DNA of 58,128 nt. It comes from a bacterium (GTDB taxonomy: Bacteria > Chloroflexota > Dormibacteria > Aeolococcales > Aeolococcaceae). The stretch is taken from assembly GCA_021803465.1 (NCBI GenBank), contig JAJZLL010000041.1:66-58193 (forward strand), given 5' to 3'. The translations under genes and the position numbers were made by a program. Position 1 is the first letter of the stretch; every line of letters begins with the position of its first letter. Positions 41,494 to 52,995 of the stretch are shown here, piece by piece. The notes beneath the pieces were generated by a model, which did not search any database, had not been told where the DNA came from, and worked only from the letters and a program-made list of their open reading frames with translations.

Positions 41494-42363
41494 ATGCTAG
41501 CACTCGATCTTCCACTTACACAGACGCAGGCAAACGCCTGCAGCGGATCACCGTTCCTGTGCCAGTACGACTATGTGACGATCGGCTTTTCGATCTTCTG
41601 CGCATTGCTCACGTTTCTCATTGTATACCTCGTTGCACGACACTTGTCGCACCGCAAGCCAGGCAAGCTCCAGATGATCTTCGAGCTTGTGTATGGATAC
41701 ATCCGGGATCTCACCTACACCTCGGTTTCCGAAGATGCGGACTTTGTCATCACCATTGCGCTCACGATCGCGCTCTTCATCCTCATCTCGAACTGGATTG
41801 ACTTCCTGCCCCTTCCCGATCCGATCCGTCCCATCATGTCCGATGTGAATGTCCCGTTCGCCATGGGAATAGTCGTGTTTGTTGTCACCCAGTGGTACAG
41901 CTTCAAGGTGCTTGGCTTCAAGGGCTACTTCCGTCGGCTCAGCAGGCCGTTCGACATGCATCCTGCAGTGCGCACGCTTTTCATTCCGCTCAACATCCTT
42001 GAGGACCTGCTCAAGCCCATTACGCTTGCTCTCCGGCTGTTCGGCAACATCTTCGCAGGCACGATCATGGTCGCCCTCATAGCCGCCTTCACGCAGTTCC
42101 TCAGCAATCTCCATCCCTTTGGATCCGTTGCTGCGAACTACCCAGTGCGGGGAGTGCTCGGGTTTGTTGGTGTCCTCATCCTTGGGGCATGGAAGGCGTT
42201 CGACGTGTTTCTCATTGGAGCAATCCAGGCTTTCATCTTCATGTTGCTCACCATCATCTATTTCCAGATGGCGCGTGAGGGAGATGAAGAGGAAGGTCAT
42301 GGGACCACCCATGATGTACAGCAGGAACAACGGCAGGGGAAACAGTCCCTTGCAGCAACCTAA
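41494..42363 (+). CDS. atpB: F0F1 ATP synthase subunit a
   Basis: PGKLQ..FE, SNW, LALRLFGNIFAG, IQAFIF.LL. Confidence 0.97.
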   Translation: MLALDLPLTQTQANACSGSPFLCQYDYVTIGFSIFCALLTFLIVYLVARHLSHRKPGKLQMIFELVYGYIRDLTYTSVSEDADFVITIALTIALFILISNWIDFLPLPDPIRPIMSDVNVPFAMGIVVFVVTQWYSFKVLGFKGYFRRLSRPFDMHPAVRTLFIPLNILEDLLKPITLALRLFGNIFAGTIMVALIAAFTQFLSNLHPFGSVAANYPVRGVLGFVGVLILGAWKAFDVFLIGAIQAFIFMLLTIIYFQMAREGDEEEGHGTTHDVQQEQRQGKQSLAAT

Positions 42364-42378
42364 AAGGGGAGAACGAGC

Positions 42379-42630
42379 ATGAATCATGCCATCGCCTACG
42401 CCGCAGCACTGATCGCAGGCGGACTGGTTCTTGGACTTGGCGCAGTCGGTGCGTCGCTTGGAGACAGTCTTGCAGGGAGTGCAGCCATCAACGGCACAGC
42501 ACGTCAGCCAGAAGCTCAGGGTCGACTCATTGGCATCATGCTGCTGACAGTTGGACTCTGCGAAGCCATGTACTTCATCAACCTGGCATTCGTGTTCGTG
42601 CTCACTGGCATGGCAAGCTCAGTCCACTAG
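42379..42630 (+). CDS. atpE: F0F1 ATP synthase subunit c
   Basis: Gly-rich helix, ARQPEA loop, conserved Glu in LCEA. Confidence 0.96.
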   Translation: MNHAIAYAAALIAGGLVLGLGAVGASLGDSLAGSAAINGTARQPEAQGRLIGIMLLTVGLCEAMYFINLAFVFVLTGMASSVH

Positions 42631-42655
42631 CCCAATCCCGAAGGAGACTGCACAG

Positions 42656-43180
42656 ATGAATGTGGCAGCCAGCATCATCGTCATTCCGAACGCGACCTTC
42701 ATTGTCGAACTCATCACGTTCATCGTGATGCTGCTCGCACTGGCACGGTGGGCATATCCACCACTCATTGCTGCTGCGGAACGGCGCCAGAAGGAAATCG
42801 AGGAGCAGCTCGCTTCCGCAGAACGGCTGCGGAACGAAGCTGCACACTCGCTTGAGGATGCGAAAAAGTCGGTCGATGAGGCGAAGCAGAGTGCTCAGAC
42901 AATTCTTGATCGGGCACGTAAGGAAGCGGATCTTGAATCCCGCGAGGCGCATGAGCGCAGCCGCGCTGAGGCGGAAAGGCTGAAGAAGTCCGCAGCGGAA
43001 GAGATTTCCCGGGAGCGTCAGCGGGCCTACGATGATGCGAGTCGTGATGTCGCTGCACTTGTCGTGGATGTCTCGCGCAGGGTTCTTCCGCAATCCATCG
43101 ACATTGCCGGCCAGAAATCTCTCATTGACAGCACGATAGAGGTTGTCCGCGCAGAGCGGCCATCGCCCACGAAGGAGTAA
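42656..43180 (+). CDS. atpF: F0F1 ATP synthase subunit b
   Basis: N-terminal TM, YPPL...ERR..I, long coiled coil; AAGGAG before ATG 42656. Confidence 0.94.
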   Translation: MNVAASIIVIPNATFIVELITFIVMLLALARWAYPPLIAAAERRQKEIEEQLASAERLRNEAAHSLEDAKKSVDEAKQSAQTILDRARKEADLESREAHERSRAEAERLKKSAAEEISRERQRAYDDASRDVAALVVDVSRRVLPQSIDIAGQKSLIDSTIEVVRAERPSPTKE

Positions 43181-43197
43181 ATGAAGGAAACCGCACC

Positions 43198-43731
43198 ATG
43201 AATGATGCGATTGCCCGAAGGTATGCGGACGCACTGTACGAGGTGGCTGTGCAGGCCAATCGGCTCGACGCTGTGCATGCAGGACTGGAGCATGCACTGA
43301 AGCTTGTTGCCACGTACGAAGTGTCACGTCGGCTCACGCATCCTGCAGTGACTGCAGCAGATCGGAGCGAGCTCATCAGCGATGTCTGTGATGGCATTGA
43401 CCCCTTTGTCGTCAATGCCATCCGACTTATGGTCGAACATGGGAGGACGGAGGAAATCCAGCGGCTTCCGCATTGGCTGGCATCACGGATGGATGCGGCT
43501 TCCGGTATTGTCCGCGCAGCAGTGACTGTTCCCCAGGAACTCAACGAGGACGAGAAGGCGAAGCTCGACACTGCGCTTGCTGCCCGCTTTGGCCATGAAG
43601 TCCTCACGACCCTTGCAGTGGATCCAACACTCATCGGTGGACTCATCATCAAGGTCGGCGATCACATCATTGACAACAGCGTGCGGACAAAGCTGCAACT
43701 CCTGCAGCAGCAACTGACGACAGCCAACTAG
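43198..43731 (+). CDS. atpH: F0F1 ATP synthase subunit delta
   Basis: IARRYADAL, VDPTLIGG.IIKVGD.IID.SV. Confidence 0.95.
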   Translation: MNDAIARRYADALYEVAVQANRLDAVHAGLEHALKLVATYEVSRRLTHPAVTAADRSELISDVCDGIDPFVVNAIRLMVEHGRTEEIQRLPHWLASRMDAASGIVRAAVTVPQELNEDEKAKLDTALAARFGHEVLTTLAVDPTLIGGLIIKVGDHIIDNSVRTKLQLLQQQLTTAN

Positions 43732-43761
43732 CCACACTACACGAGAAAAGGACAGGATTCC

Positions 43762-45285
43762 ATGGCAGTGAGAAGCGACGAGATCAGCGAGATTCTCAAG
43801 AAGCGCATTGCGCAGTTTGAGGCACCCATTGTTGAGGCGGATGAAGGCATCATCACCTCTGTGAGTGATGGCATTGTGCGCATCTACGGTCTTCAGGGTG
43901 CAATGGCAGGGGAGCTTCTCCGGTTCCCGGAGACTCCATCTGGTGAAACGGTCATGGGACTTGCGCTCGACCTCCGGGAGGATGGTGTTGGTGCAGTCGT
44001 ACTCGGAGAGTACCAGCACCTGCAGGAAGGGGATACCGTGCGCACAACTGGCCGCATTGCGGAAGTTCCCGTTGGGGACGCACTTGTGGGACGGATTGTG
44101 GACTCACTTGGCCAGGTTCGAGATGGCAAGGGAGCCCTCAAGACGGACAAGACACTCCCAGTGGAGAGGGTCGCTCCAGGCGTCATGTTCCGACAGCGTG
44201 TGGACACTCCGCTCCAGACCGGCATCAAGGCCATTGATGCCATGATTCCCATTGGCCGTGGCCAGCGGGAGCTCATCATTGGAGACCGGCAGACAGGAAA
44301 GACTGCGATCGCACTGGATGCCATCATCAACCAGAAGGGAACCGGTGTCATCTGCATTTACGTTGCGATTGGGCAGCGCGCCTCGAACGTTGCACGCGTG
44401 GCAGCAACACTTGAGCAGCATGGCGCAATGGAACACACCATCATCGTTGCTGCGACAGCTGCTGAGCCAGCAGCCATGCAGTACCTTGCACCCTACACGG
44501 GATGCGCCATCGGAGAGTACTTCATGCAGCAGGGAAAGCATGCGCTAGTCGTGTATGACGATCTCAGCAAGCATGCGGACGCGTACCGCCAGATTTCGCT
44601 CCTCCTTCGGCGTCCACCCTCGCGCGAGGCATATCCGGGAGACGTCTTCTATCTCCATTCCCGCCTGCTTGAGAGGGCAGCACGCATGGCCGACAAGGAG
44701 GGCGGTGGCTCACTCACTGCGCTTCCCGTCATCGAGACGAAGGCGAATGACGTGGCCGCATTCATTCCCACGAATGTCATCAGCATCACGGATGGCCAGA
44801 TCTTCCTTGAGACGGATCTTTTCAATGCGGGTATGCGGCCAGCCATCAATGTGGGCATTTCCGTTTCCCGTGTTGGTGGTGATGCGCAGACAAAGGCCAT
44901 GAAGCAGGTTGCTGGCCAGCTGCGTCTCGACATGGCGCAGTACCGGGAGCTCGCTGCGTTTTCCCAGTTCGCAGCTGACCTCGACAAGCGGACACGGGAG
45001 AGCCTGGACCGGGGACAGCGGATGACGGAGATCCTCAAGCAGCCCCAGTACCGGCCAATGCCGTTCGCAAAGCAGGTCATGGTCATCTATGCAGGCACCC
45101 ATGGCTTTCTCGATGCTGTCGCCATAGACAAGGTGAAGGAGTGGGAACTCGGTTTCACCCGGTTCATGGACCATGAGCACAAGGATATCGAGGAAACCAT
45201 CACGAAGGACCGGAAGATCGAGGATGCGACAGCCACAGCGCTGGATGCTGCGATTGCGGAATTCAACAAGGGGTTTGCAGGATAG
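43762..45285 (+). CDS. atpA: F0F1 ATP synthase subunit alpha
   Basis: [38 protein letters not shown]. Confidence 0.98.
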   Translation: MAVRSDEISEILKKRIAQFEAPIVEADEGIITSVSDGIVRIYGLQGAMAGELLRFPETPSGETVMGLALDLREDGVGAVVLGEYQHLQEGDTVRTTGRIAEVPVGDALVGRIVDSLGQVRDGKGALKTDKTLPVERVAPGVMFRQRVDTPLQTGIKAIDAMIPIGRGQRELIIGDRQTGKTAIALDAIINQKGTGVICIYVAIGQRASNVARVAATLEQHGAMEHTIIVAATAAEPAAMQYLAPYTGCAIGEYFMQQGKHALVVYDDLSKHADAYRQISLLLRRPPSREAYPGDVFYLHSRLLERAARMADKEGGGSLTALPVIETKANDVAAFIPTNVISITDGQIFLETDLFNAGMRPAINVGISVSRVGGDAQTKAMKQVAGQLRLDMAQYRELAAFSQFAADLDKRTRESLDRGQRMTEILKQPQYRPMPFAKQVMVIYAGTHGFLDAVAIDKVKEWELGFTRFMDHEHKDIEETITKDRKIEDATATALDAAIAEFNKGFAG

Positions 45286-47666
<2,381 letters not shown>

Positions 47667-47685
47667 CCCAGCACAAGGAGCAGTC

Positions 47686-48147
47686 ATGGCTGAACCGATC
47701 AGTGTCCGCATCATCACTCCCGAGGAGGTGCTCTACGAGGGACGTGCTGCATTTCTTCGCATGCCTGGCATTGAAGGGGAGTTTGGCGTGTTCCCAGGAC
47801 ACCAGCCAATGATGACAGTGGTGAAAACAGGGGAGCTCAAGATAATTGAGGACCACTCCGAGCACTATCTCTTCGTCTCGGGAGGCTTTGTCGAGGTGAC
47901 ACCTGACAGCGTTGTCGTTCTTGCTGATGTGGCTGAACGGGTTGAGAACATTGATCCGAAGAAGGTCGAGGAAGCGCGTGCACGTGCACAGGAAGCCCTT
48001 GAGCGGAATGCGGGTGACCAGGCAGCAGCAGCAGCCCTTGAGCGGGCACTCTTCCAGATGAAGCTCCATGAGGCGCAGCAGCACCGCAGACACTCGAGGG
48101 ATGATCTTGCAAGCCATATCCAGCAACCTCCAATGGAGCAGTCATGA
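47686..48147 (+). CDS. atpC: F0F1 ATP synthase subunit epsilon
   Basis: IITPE, GEFGV.PGH.P, VSGGFVEV, C-terminal helices. Confidence 0.96.
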   Translation: MAEPISVRIITPEEVLYEGRAAFLRMPGIEGEFGVFPGHQPMMTVVKTGELKIIEDHSEHYLFVSGGFVEVTPDSVVVLADVAERVENIDPKKVEEARARAQEALERNAGDQAAAAALERALFQMKLHEAQQHRRHSRDDLASHIQQPPMEQS

Positions 48148-49178
48148 TGGATGCAAAGAGCGCAGCAGTCGAAGATGTCACACCATCACGGCTCCGAGCA
48201 GCTGCGAGGACAGTGTACCGGCCCATTGAGGGGATCATCTTCAGGGAGCGCGCGTTCAGCAAGCGCAACCAGAACCGTTTCTATCCGTATCTCGAATGGC
48301 CAGGACCCATCGCGTACGCGCACCGGGGCGGCAGTGCCAACCACCCGGAGAACACGCTCGCTGCATTCGACAATGCGACTGCCCTGGGCTACACCTATAT
48401 TGAGCTCGATGTCCATCTCTCAAAGGATGGAGTGCTCGTTGTTTGCCATGATGGGAAGCTTGACCGCACGACCAATGTGCGGGGAGAGATCCGTAACCTC
48501 ACTTATGACGAAATCCGGAAGGCCGATGCAGGCTACCGGTTCACGCGGGATGGTGGAAAGACGTATCCCTACCGTGGAAAGGGAGTTGCAGTCCCACGGC
48601 TTGAGGATGTGCTGAAACGGTACCCGAATGCGCGGTTCAGCATTGATCCCAAGTGTGACGAGGCAGTTGGCCCCCTCATGGACCTGATCGCAAAGCTCAA
48701 CGTGTATGACCGTGTGGGGCTCACCTGTGTGCCAATCCGGCGGATCGAGGAGGCGAGACGCCGTGCTCCTGGAAAGATCTGCACAGGAATGAGCATGCCA
48801 GAAGTCGTCCGTGCATTCGCAGAATCCCAGGTGGGAGCAATTGCTCCACGGGGTGCCCAGTATGTCCAGGTGCCGCTGTACCGGAAGGGGATTGGCGTCG
48901 TCAATGCGAAGTTCGTGCGAGCAGCGCATCTTTCTGGACTCCGTGTGCATGTCTGGACAATCAATGACGAGTCGACCATGAACTACCTGCTCGACATTGG
49001 CTGCGACGGCATCTTCACGGACCGCCCGGAGCTTCTCAAGAAGGTGCTCATCGAGCGTGGCATGTGGATAGAGCCGAAGACGCAAGGCAGCAGGCATAGG
49101 CCGTTTGGAACCCTTGGCAGACTGTTTGGACACCGGAAGGGAAACATGCAACCCCCAGTAGGGAATGTGCTCAACTAG
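48144..49178 (+). CDS. glycerophosphodiester phosphodiesterase (GDPD) family protein
   Basis: AHRGG, PENT, IELDV, HD..LDRTT, VWTIND, DGIFTD.P. Confidence 0.93.
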   Translation: MMDAKSAAVEDVTPSRLRAAARTVYRPIEGIIFRERAFSKRNQNRFYPYLEWPGPIAYAHRGGSANHPENTLAAFDNATALGYTYIELDVHLSKDGVLVVCHDGKLDRTTNVRGEIRNLTYDEIRKADAGYRFTRDGGKTYPYRGKGVAVPRLEDVLKRYPNARFSIDPKCDEAVGPLMDLIAKLNVYDRVGLTCVPIRRIEEARRRAPGKICTGMSMPEVVRAFAESQVGAIAPRGAQYVQVPLYRKGIGVVNAKFVRAAHLSGLRVHVWTINDESTMNYLLDIGCDGIFTDRPELLKKVLIERGMWIEPKTQGSRHRPFGTLGRLFGHRKGNMQPPVGNVLN

Positions 49179-49186
49179 AGGGAGTA
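48869..49186 (+). repeat. copy 1 of a ~318-bp diverged direct repeat (3' end of the GDPD gene)
   Basis: Aligns by eye with 52579-52895 from ggtgccgctgtaccggaagg through the stop region tgtgctcaactagagggagta. Confidence 0.85.
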
Positions 49187-49401
49187 CCCCATATAGCTGA
49201 AGCGTACTGACAGACCTGTTCGAAGAGCATTCCTTCCTTCGTGCATTCTCCGTATCTTGCTACACATTTCTGGTCTGAAGCTTCCAGTGCAGATCCGTAG
49301 TCTTCATGCATGATCCAGTGGCCGATGTGCTCCGTGTATGTGGGTGCAAGAAGCTCCAATGGCTGTCATTCCTTCTGAAGGCTGACTGTCCCGAGGTGCT
49401 G

Positions 49402-49436
49402 GGTACAGAAATAGCTCATATGACATCTTCTGTACC
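49402..49436. promoter_or_regulatory. 35-bp imperfect palindrome upstream of the lectin gene
   Basis: GGTACAGAA-atagc-TCATATGA-catc-TTCTGTACC; TATACT follows at 49457-49462. Confidence 0.45.
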
Positions 49437-49509
49437 GAGGCAGCAAGGGATGTCTGTATACTTACATCCACTGCCGTTTGGATGGCAATCGCTGATAGGG
49501 GATTGAACT

Positions 49510-52503
49510 ATGCAAATCAAAAGACTGTGTCGGGTGCTGACTCCAGTTGCGGCAGGGGCTGTTGTCATTTTTGCAGTTGCACTATCTGGCGGGCTGGGAA
49601 GTCCAGTTCAAGCCAGTTCAAGCGGTTGGCAGACTCCTACAGCCCTGGGAGCGAACCCCACTTCGGTGTCGTGCGTAAGCAGCAGCTTCTGTGCAGCCGT
49701 GGATGGTTCGGGCAACGCGAGGACCTACAACGGCTCGTCGTGGTCGAGTCCAGTGAACATCGATGGCACCAACAGCCTCACCTCGGTGTCGTGCGTAACC
49801 AGCAGTTTCTGCGCTGCAGTGGACGGTTTGGGCAACGCGATGACCTACAACGGGACATCGTGGTCGAGCGCAGCAAGCATCGATGGCACGACCAGACTCA
49901 ACTCGGTCTCCTGCGTAAGCAACATAAGTGGCAACTTTTGTGAAGCGGTGGACAGTTTGGGTAATGTTGTTACATACAGTGGAACATGGTCGAGTCCATA
50001 TAACATTGACGGCTCCAACCCACTCACCTCGGTGTCGTGCGCAACCTTCTTCATGTGTGAAGCGGTGGACAGTTCAGGTAACGCTTTATCCTACCAGGGG
50101 GCGTGGTCGCCTGCAACGAGCATTGACAGTACGTCCTATATCACTTCCGTGTCGTGTGGAAGTCCCACTTTCTGCGTCGCAGTGGACTTCTACGGGAATG
50201 CGCTCATCTATAACGGGACGGTTTGGTCTCCCGAAGCCCCCGTTGACTTCAATGGCGATATCAGCTCGGTCTCGTGCGTGGTCAGCGGCTTCTGCGTTGC
50301 AGTTGACAACTTTGGATATGCGATGACCTACAATGGCACGTCGTGGACGTTCGCGACGAACATTCATGGGACCGTACCTATTAATGCCGTCTCGTGCATA
50401 AGCAGCAGTTTCTGCGTTGCAGTGGATAATTATGCGAATGTCCTTACCTACAATGGGACGTCCTGGTCGAGTCCTGCGAGTTTCGATGGGTCAACCTCCC
50501 TGTTCGCTGATTCCTGCCCAAGCAGCAGCTTTTGCGTAGCAGTTGATCAGTCTGGAAATGTGCTCACCTACAACGGAACGTCGTGGTCAAGTCCAGTGAA
50601 TATCGATGGTGTGGGCATGCTCAGCTCGGTATCGTGCACGAGCAGCACTTTCTGCGCTGCTGTAGACCAGAGTGGAAATGCGTTCATGTACAACGGGACA
50701 TCCTGGTCGGGTCCATTGATCATCGAAATCGGGAATGGTCTCGACTCTGTCTCGTGCGCAAGCAGCAGCTTCTGCGTTGCAGTTGACAACTATGGGAACG
50801 AGCTCACCTACAATGGGACATCGTGGTCGAGTCCAGCAATTATTGATGGCACGAACTCCCTCAGCTCGGTGTCGTGCGCGAGCAGCAGCTTCTGCGCTGC
50901 AGTTGACAGCTTGGGAAACGCATTCACCTATAACGGGACATCGTGGTCAAGTGCAACGAGCATTGACAGCGCCAACACTCCCACCTCAGTGTCGTGTGTG
51001 AGCAGCAGTTTCTGCGTTACTGTCGATCAAAATGGGAATGCCCTGACCTACAATGGGGCATCGTGGTCGAGTGCAACGAACATCGACAGCTCGAACAGCA
51101 TCAACTCTGTTTCCTGTGCGAGCAGCAGCTTCTGCGTCGCAGTGGACGGAGTGGGCAATGCGCTTACCTACAGCGGGACGTCGTGGTCGAGTCCAACGAG
51201 CATTGACAGCACAAATACCCTCACCGCGGTGTCGTGCGCGAGCAGCAGCTACTGCGTTGCATTGTCCAGCCAGGACGCGATTGCCTACGTGGTTGTCACG
51301 CCAACGCCAACGCCCACACCCACACCCACACCCACGCCAACGCCAACGCCCACACCGGTGTCCAGTGGAAGCTCAACCCTCGCTGCGAACGCACATCTCG
51401 CATCAGGAGCATCGCTCACATCTCCGAACGGCCAGTTCCGTCTTGTGATGCAGTCAGACGGCAACTTTGACGAGTACAACGCAGCAGGAAACCCCGTGTG
51501 GAGTGCGGACACGTACGGCACAGGAACATCCAATACGCTCGTGATGCAGAGTGATGGCAACCTTGTCATGTACAACGCGTCAGGGAAACCTGTGTGGAGC
51601 AGTGGCACCTACGGCACGGGATCATCGGATACGCTTGTGGTGCAGAACGATGGCAACATCGTCATCTATACCGCTTCAGGGAAAGCAGTCTGGAGCACGG
51701 GTACATACTGGTCTTCCAATGCAGGAGCAGTGCTCTATGCAGGACAGGTGCTCCACGTTGGGCAGATGCTCACCTTCTCCAACGGCGTTGGTGCTGGCAC
51801 GTACAGCCTTGTGATGCAGAGCGATGGAAACCTCGTGGAGTACGCGAACGGTTCCCACCTGGTCGGGAGCACGACCTACACACTCAGCGCACAGCCTGTG
51901 TGGGACTCAGGGACATACGGAACGGGGAACAACAACACTGCAGTGATGCAGAGCGATGGCAACTTCGTCATCTACACGGCAGCAGGAAAGGCAGTGTGGG
52001 CAACCAGTACGTCCGGAACGGGAGGATGGAATCATCTGTACCTTGCAGGAGATGGCAACATTGTCGTCGGAACAGTGACTGGGTCGAACGTCTGGCAGAG
52101 CGGCACCGGAAGTGTGGCGAGCTCCATGTTCACTGGGGAGATGCTGCATGCAGGACAGTCCATCACGTCAACAGGTGGTGCATACACGCTCACGATGCAG
52201 AGTGACGGAAACCTCGTGCTGTACACCTCATCGGGGAAGACAGTGTGGGACTCAGGGACATACGGAACGGGGAGCAACAACACGCTTGTGATGCAGAGTG
52301 ATGGCAACCTTGTCATCTACACGGCAGCAGGGAAGGCAGTGTGGAATGCTGGTACGTACGGCACTGGAGCAACGACGATGACTGTCGGTTCCAACGGCGT
52401 TGTTACTGTGCGGACAACTGCTGGCAGTATCGTGCCTTTTAGCAGTCTCATCCAGCTGCAGCTTACGCTCACTGGTGGTGGCGCTCCATCAGCTGCCGTT
52501 TAG
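49510..52503 (+). CDS. large secreted protein: 14 Cys-containing ~40-aa repeats, PT linker, three bulb-type (GNA-like) lectin domains
   Basis: Signal peptide; repeats SVSCxSSSFCxAVDxxGNxxTYNGTSWS; (TP)10; seven QxDxNxxxY motifs plus two degenerate ones. Confidence 0.9.
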   Translation: MQIKRLCRVLTPVAAGAVVIFAVALSGGLGSPVQASSSGWQTPTALGANPTSVSCVSSSFCAAVDGSGNARTYNGSSWSSPVNIDGTNSLTSVSCVTSSFCAAVDGLGNAMTYNGTSWSSAASIDGTTRLNSVSCVSNISGNFCEAVDSLGNVVTYSGTWSSPYNIDGSNPLTSVSCATFFMCEAVDSSGNALSYQGAWSPATSIDSTSYITSVSCGSPTFCVAVDFYGNALIYNGTVWSPEAPVDFNGDISSVSCVVSGFCVAVDNFGYAMTYNGTSWTFATNIHGTVPINAVSCISSSFCVAVDNYANVLTYNGTSWSSPASFDGSTSLFADSCPSSSFCVAVDQSGNVLTYNGTSWSSPVNIDGVGMLSSVSCTSSTFCAAVDQSGNAFMYNGTSWSGPLIIEIGNGLDSVSCASSSFCVAVDNYGNELTYNGTSWSSPAIIDGTNSLSSVSCASSSFCAAVDSLGNAFTYNGTSWSSATSIDSANTPTSVSCVSSSFCVTVDQNGNALTYNGASWSSATNIDSSNSINSVSCASSSFCVAVDGVGNALTYSGTSWSSPTSIDSTNTLTAVSCASSSYCVALSSQDAIAYVVVTPTPTPTPTPTPTPTPTPTPVSSGSSTLAANAHLASGASLTSPNGQFRLVMQSDGNFDEYNAAGNPVWSADTYGTGTSNTLVMQSDGNLVMYNASGKPVWSSGTYGTGSSDTLVVQNDGNIVIYTASGKAVWSTGTYWSSNAGAVLYAGQVLHVGQMLTFSNGVGAGTYSLVMQSDGNLVEYANGSHLVGSTTYTLSAQPVWDSGTYGTGNNNTAVMQSDGNFVIYTAAGKAVWATSTSGTGGWNHLYLAGDGNIVVGTVTGSNVWQSGTGSVASSMFTGEMLHAGQSITSTGGAYTLTMQSDGNLVLYTSSGKTVWDSGTYGTGSNNTLVMQSDGNLVIYTAAGKAVWNAGTYGTGATTMTVGSNGVVTVRTTAGSIVPFSSLIQLQLTLTGGGAPSAAV
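49660..51297 (+). repeat. coding tandem repeat, 14 units of about 120 bp
   Basis: Recurrent tcggtgtcgtgc...agcagcagcttctgcgttgcagttgac...acctacaacgggacatcgtggtcgagt, in frame. Confidence 0.9.
51298..51357 (+). repeat. hexamer tandem repeat encoding a (Thr-Pro)10 linker
   Basis: acgcca/acgccc/acaccc units. Confidence 0.9.
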
Positions 52504-52578
52504 ATGACGGATCACACCACCACTGCAAAGTGAGCACAGTGGCTGGTCAACAGTGTGCCATTTGACTCTGGCTGGAAT

Positions 52579-52895
52579 GGTGCTCTGTGCAGAAAGGTGA
52601 TTGCGGTCGTCAATGCGAAATTTGTGCGTGCTGCCCATCTTTCAGGAAATCGCGGGCATGTCTTGCCCAACTGTGACGAGGCGACCATAAGCTGCCTGCT
52701 CAACATCGGATGCGACGGCGTATTCACGTACTGCCTGAAGCTCCTCAGAGGGGTGCTGAATGCACGTGCCATGGGGATCGAACCGAAATACCTGGGATGG
52801 AAAGGCAGACTGATTGTGAACATCATGAACCTGTCGGACACTGGAAGAGACACATGAAACAGCAGACAAGGAGATGCGCTCACCTGGAGTGAGCA
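52579..52895 (+). pseudogene. degenerate fragment of the GDPD 3' end (copy 2 of the direct repeat)
   Basis: Translates RKVIAVVNAKFVRAAHLSGNRGHVLPNCDEATISCLLNIGCDGVFT...EPK versus RKGIGVVNAKFVRAAHLSGLRVHVWTINDESTMNYLLDIGCDGIFT...EPK; no N-terminal catalytic part. Confidence 0.88.
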
Positions 52896-52995
52896 CAACT
52901 AGTGCTGCAGAGTTCTAGGAGGGGGTGACTCTGATGTCACAACTGTGCAGTGCCACGTGTCAGGCACCAGTATCTGAAGGGATAATGCGATAGAG

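Noticed and set aside
49660-51297. Regular ~120-bp repeats as a CRISPR array or DGR template/variable pair
   Set aside because: Units are in-frame protein repeats with codon-level variation and no unique spacers; no cas gene or reverse transcriptase in the window.
52555-52857. 100-aa ORF as a functional gene
   Set aside because: It is the degraded GDPD 3' fragment, with conserved WT and TD positions lost and no catalytic N-terminus.
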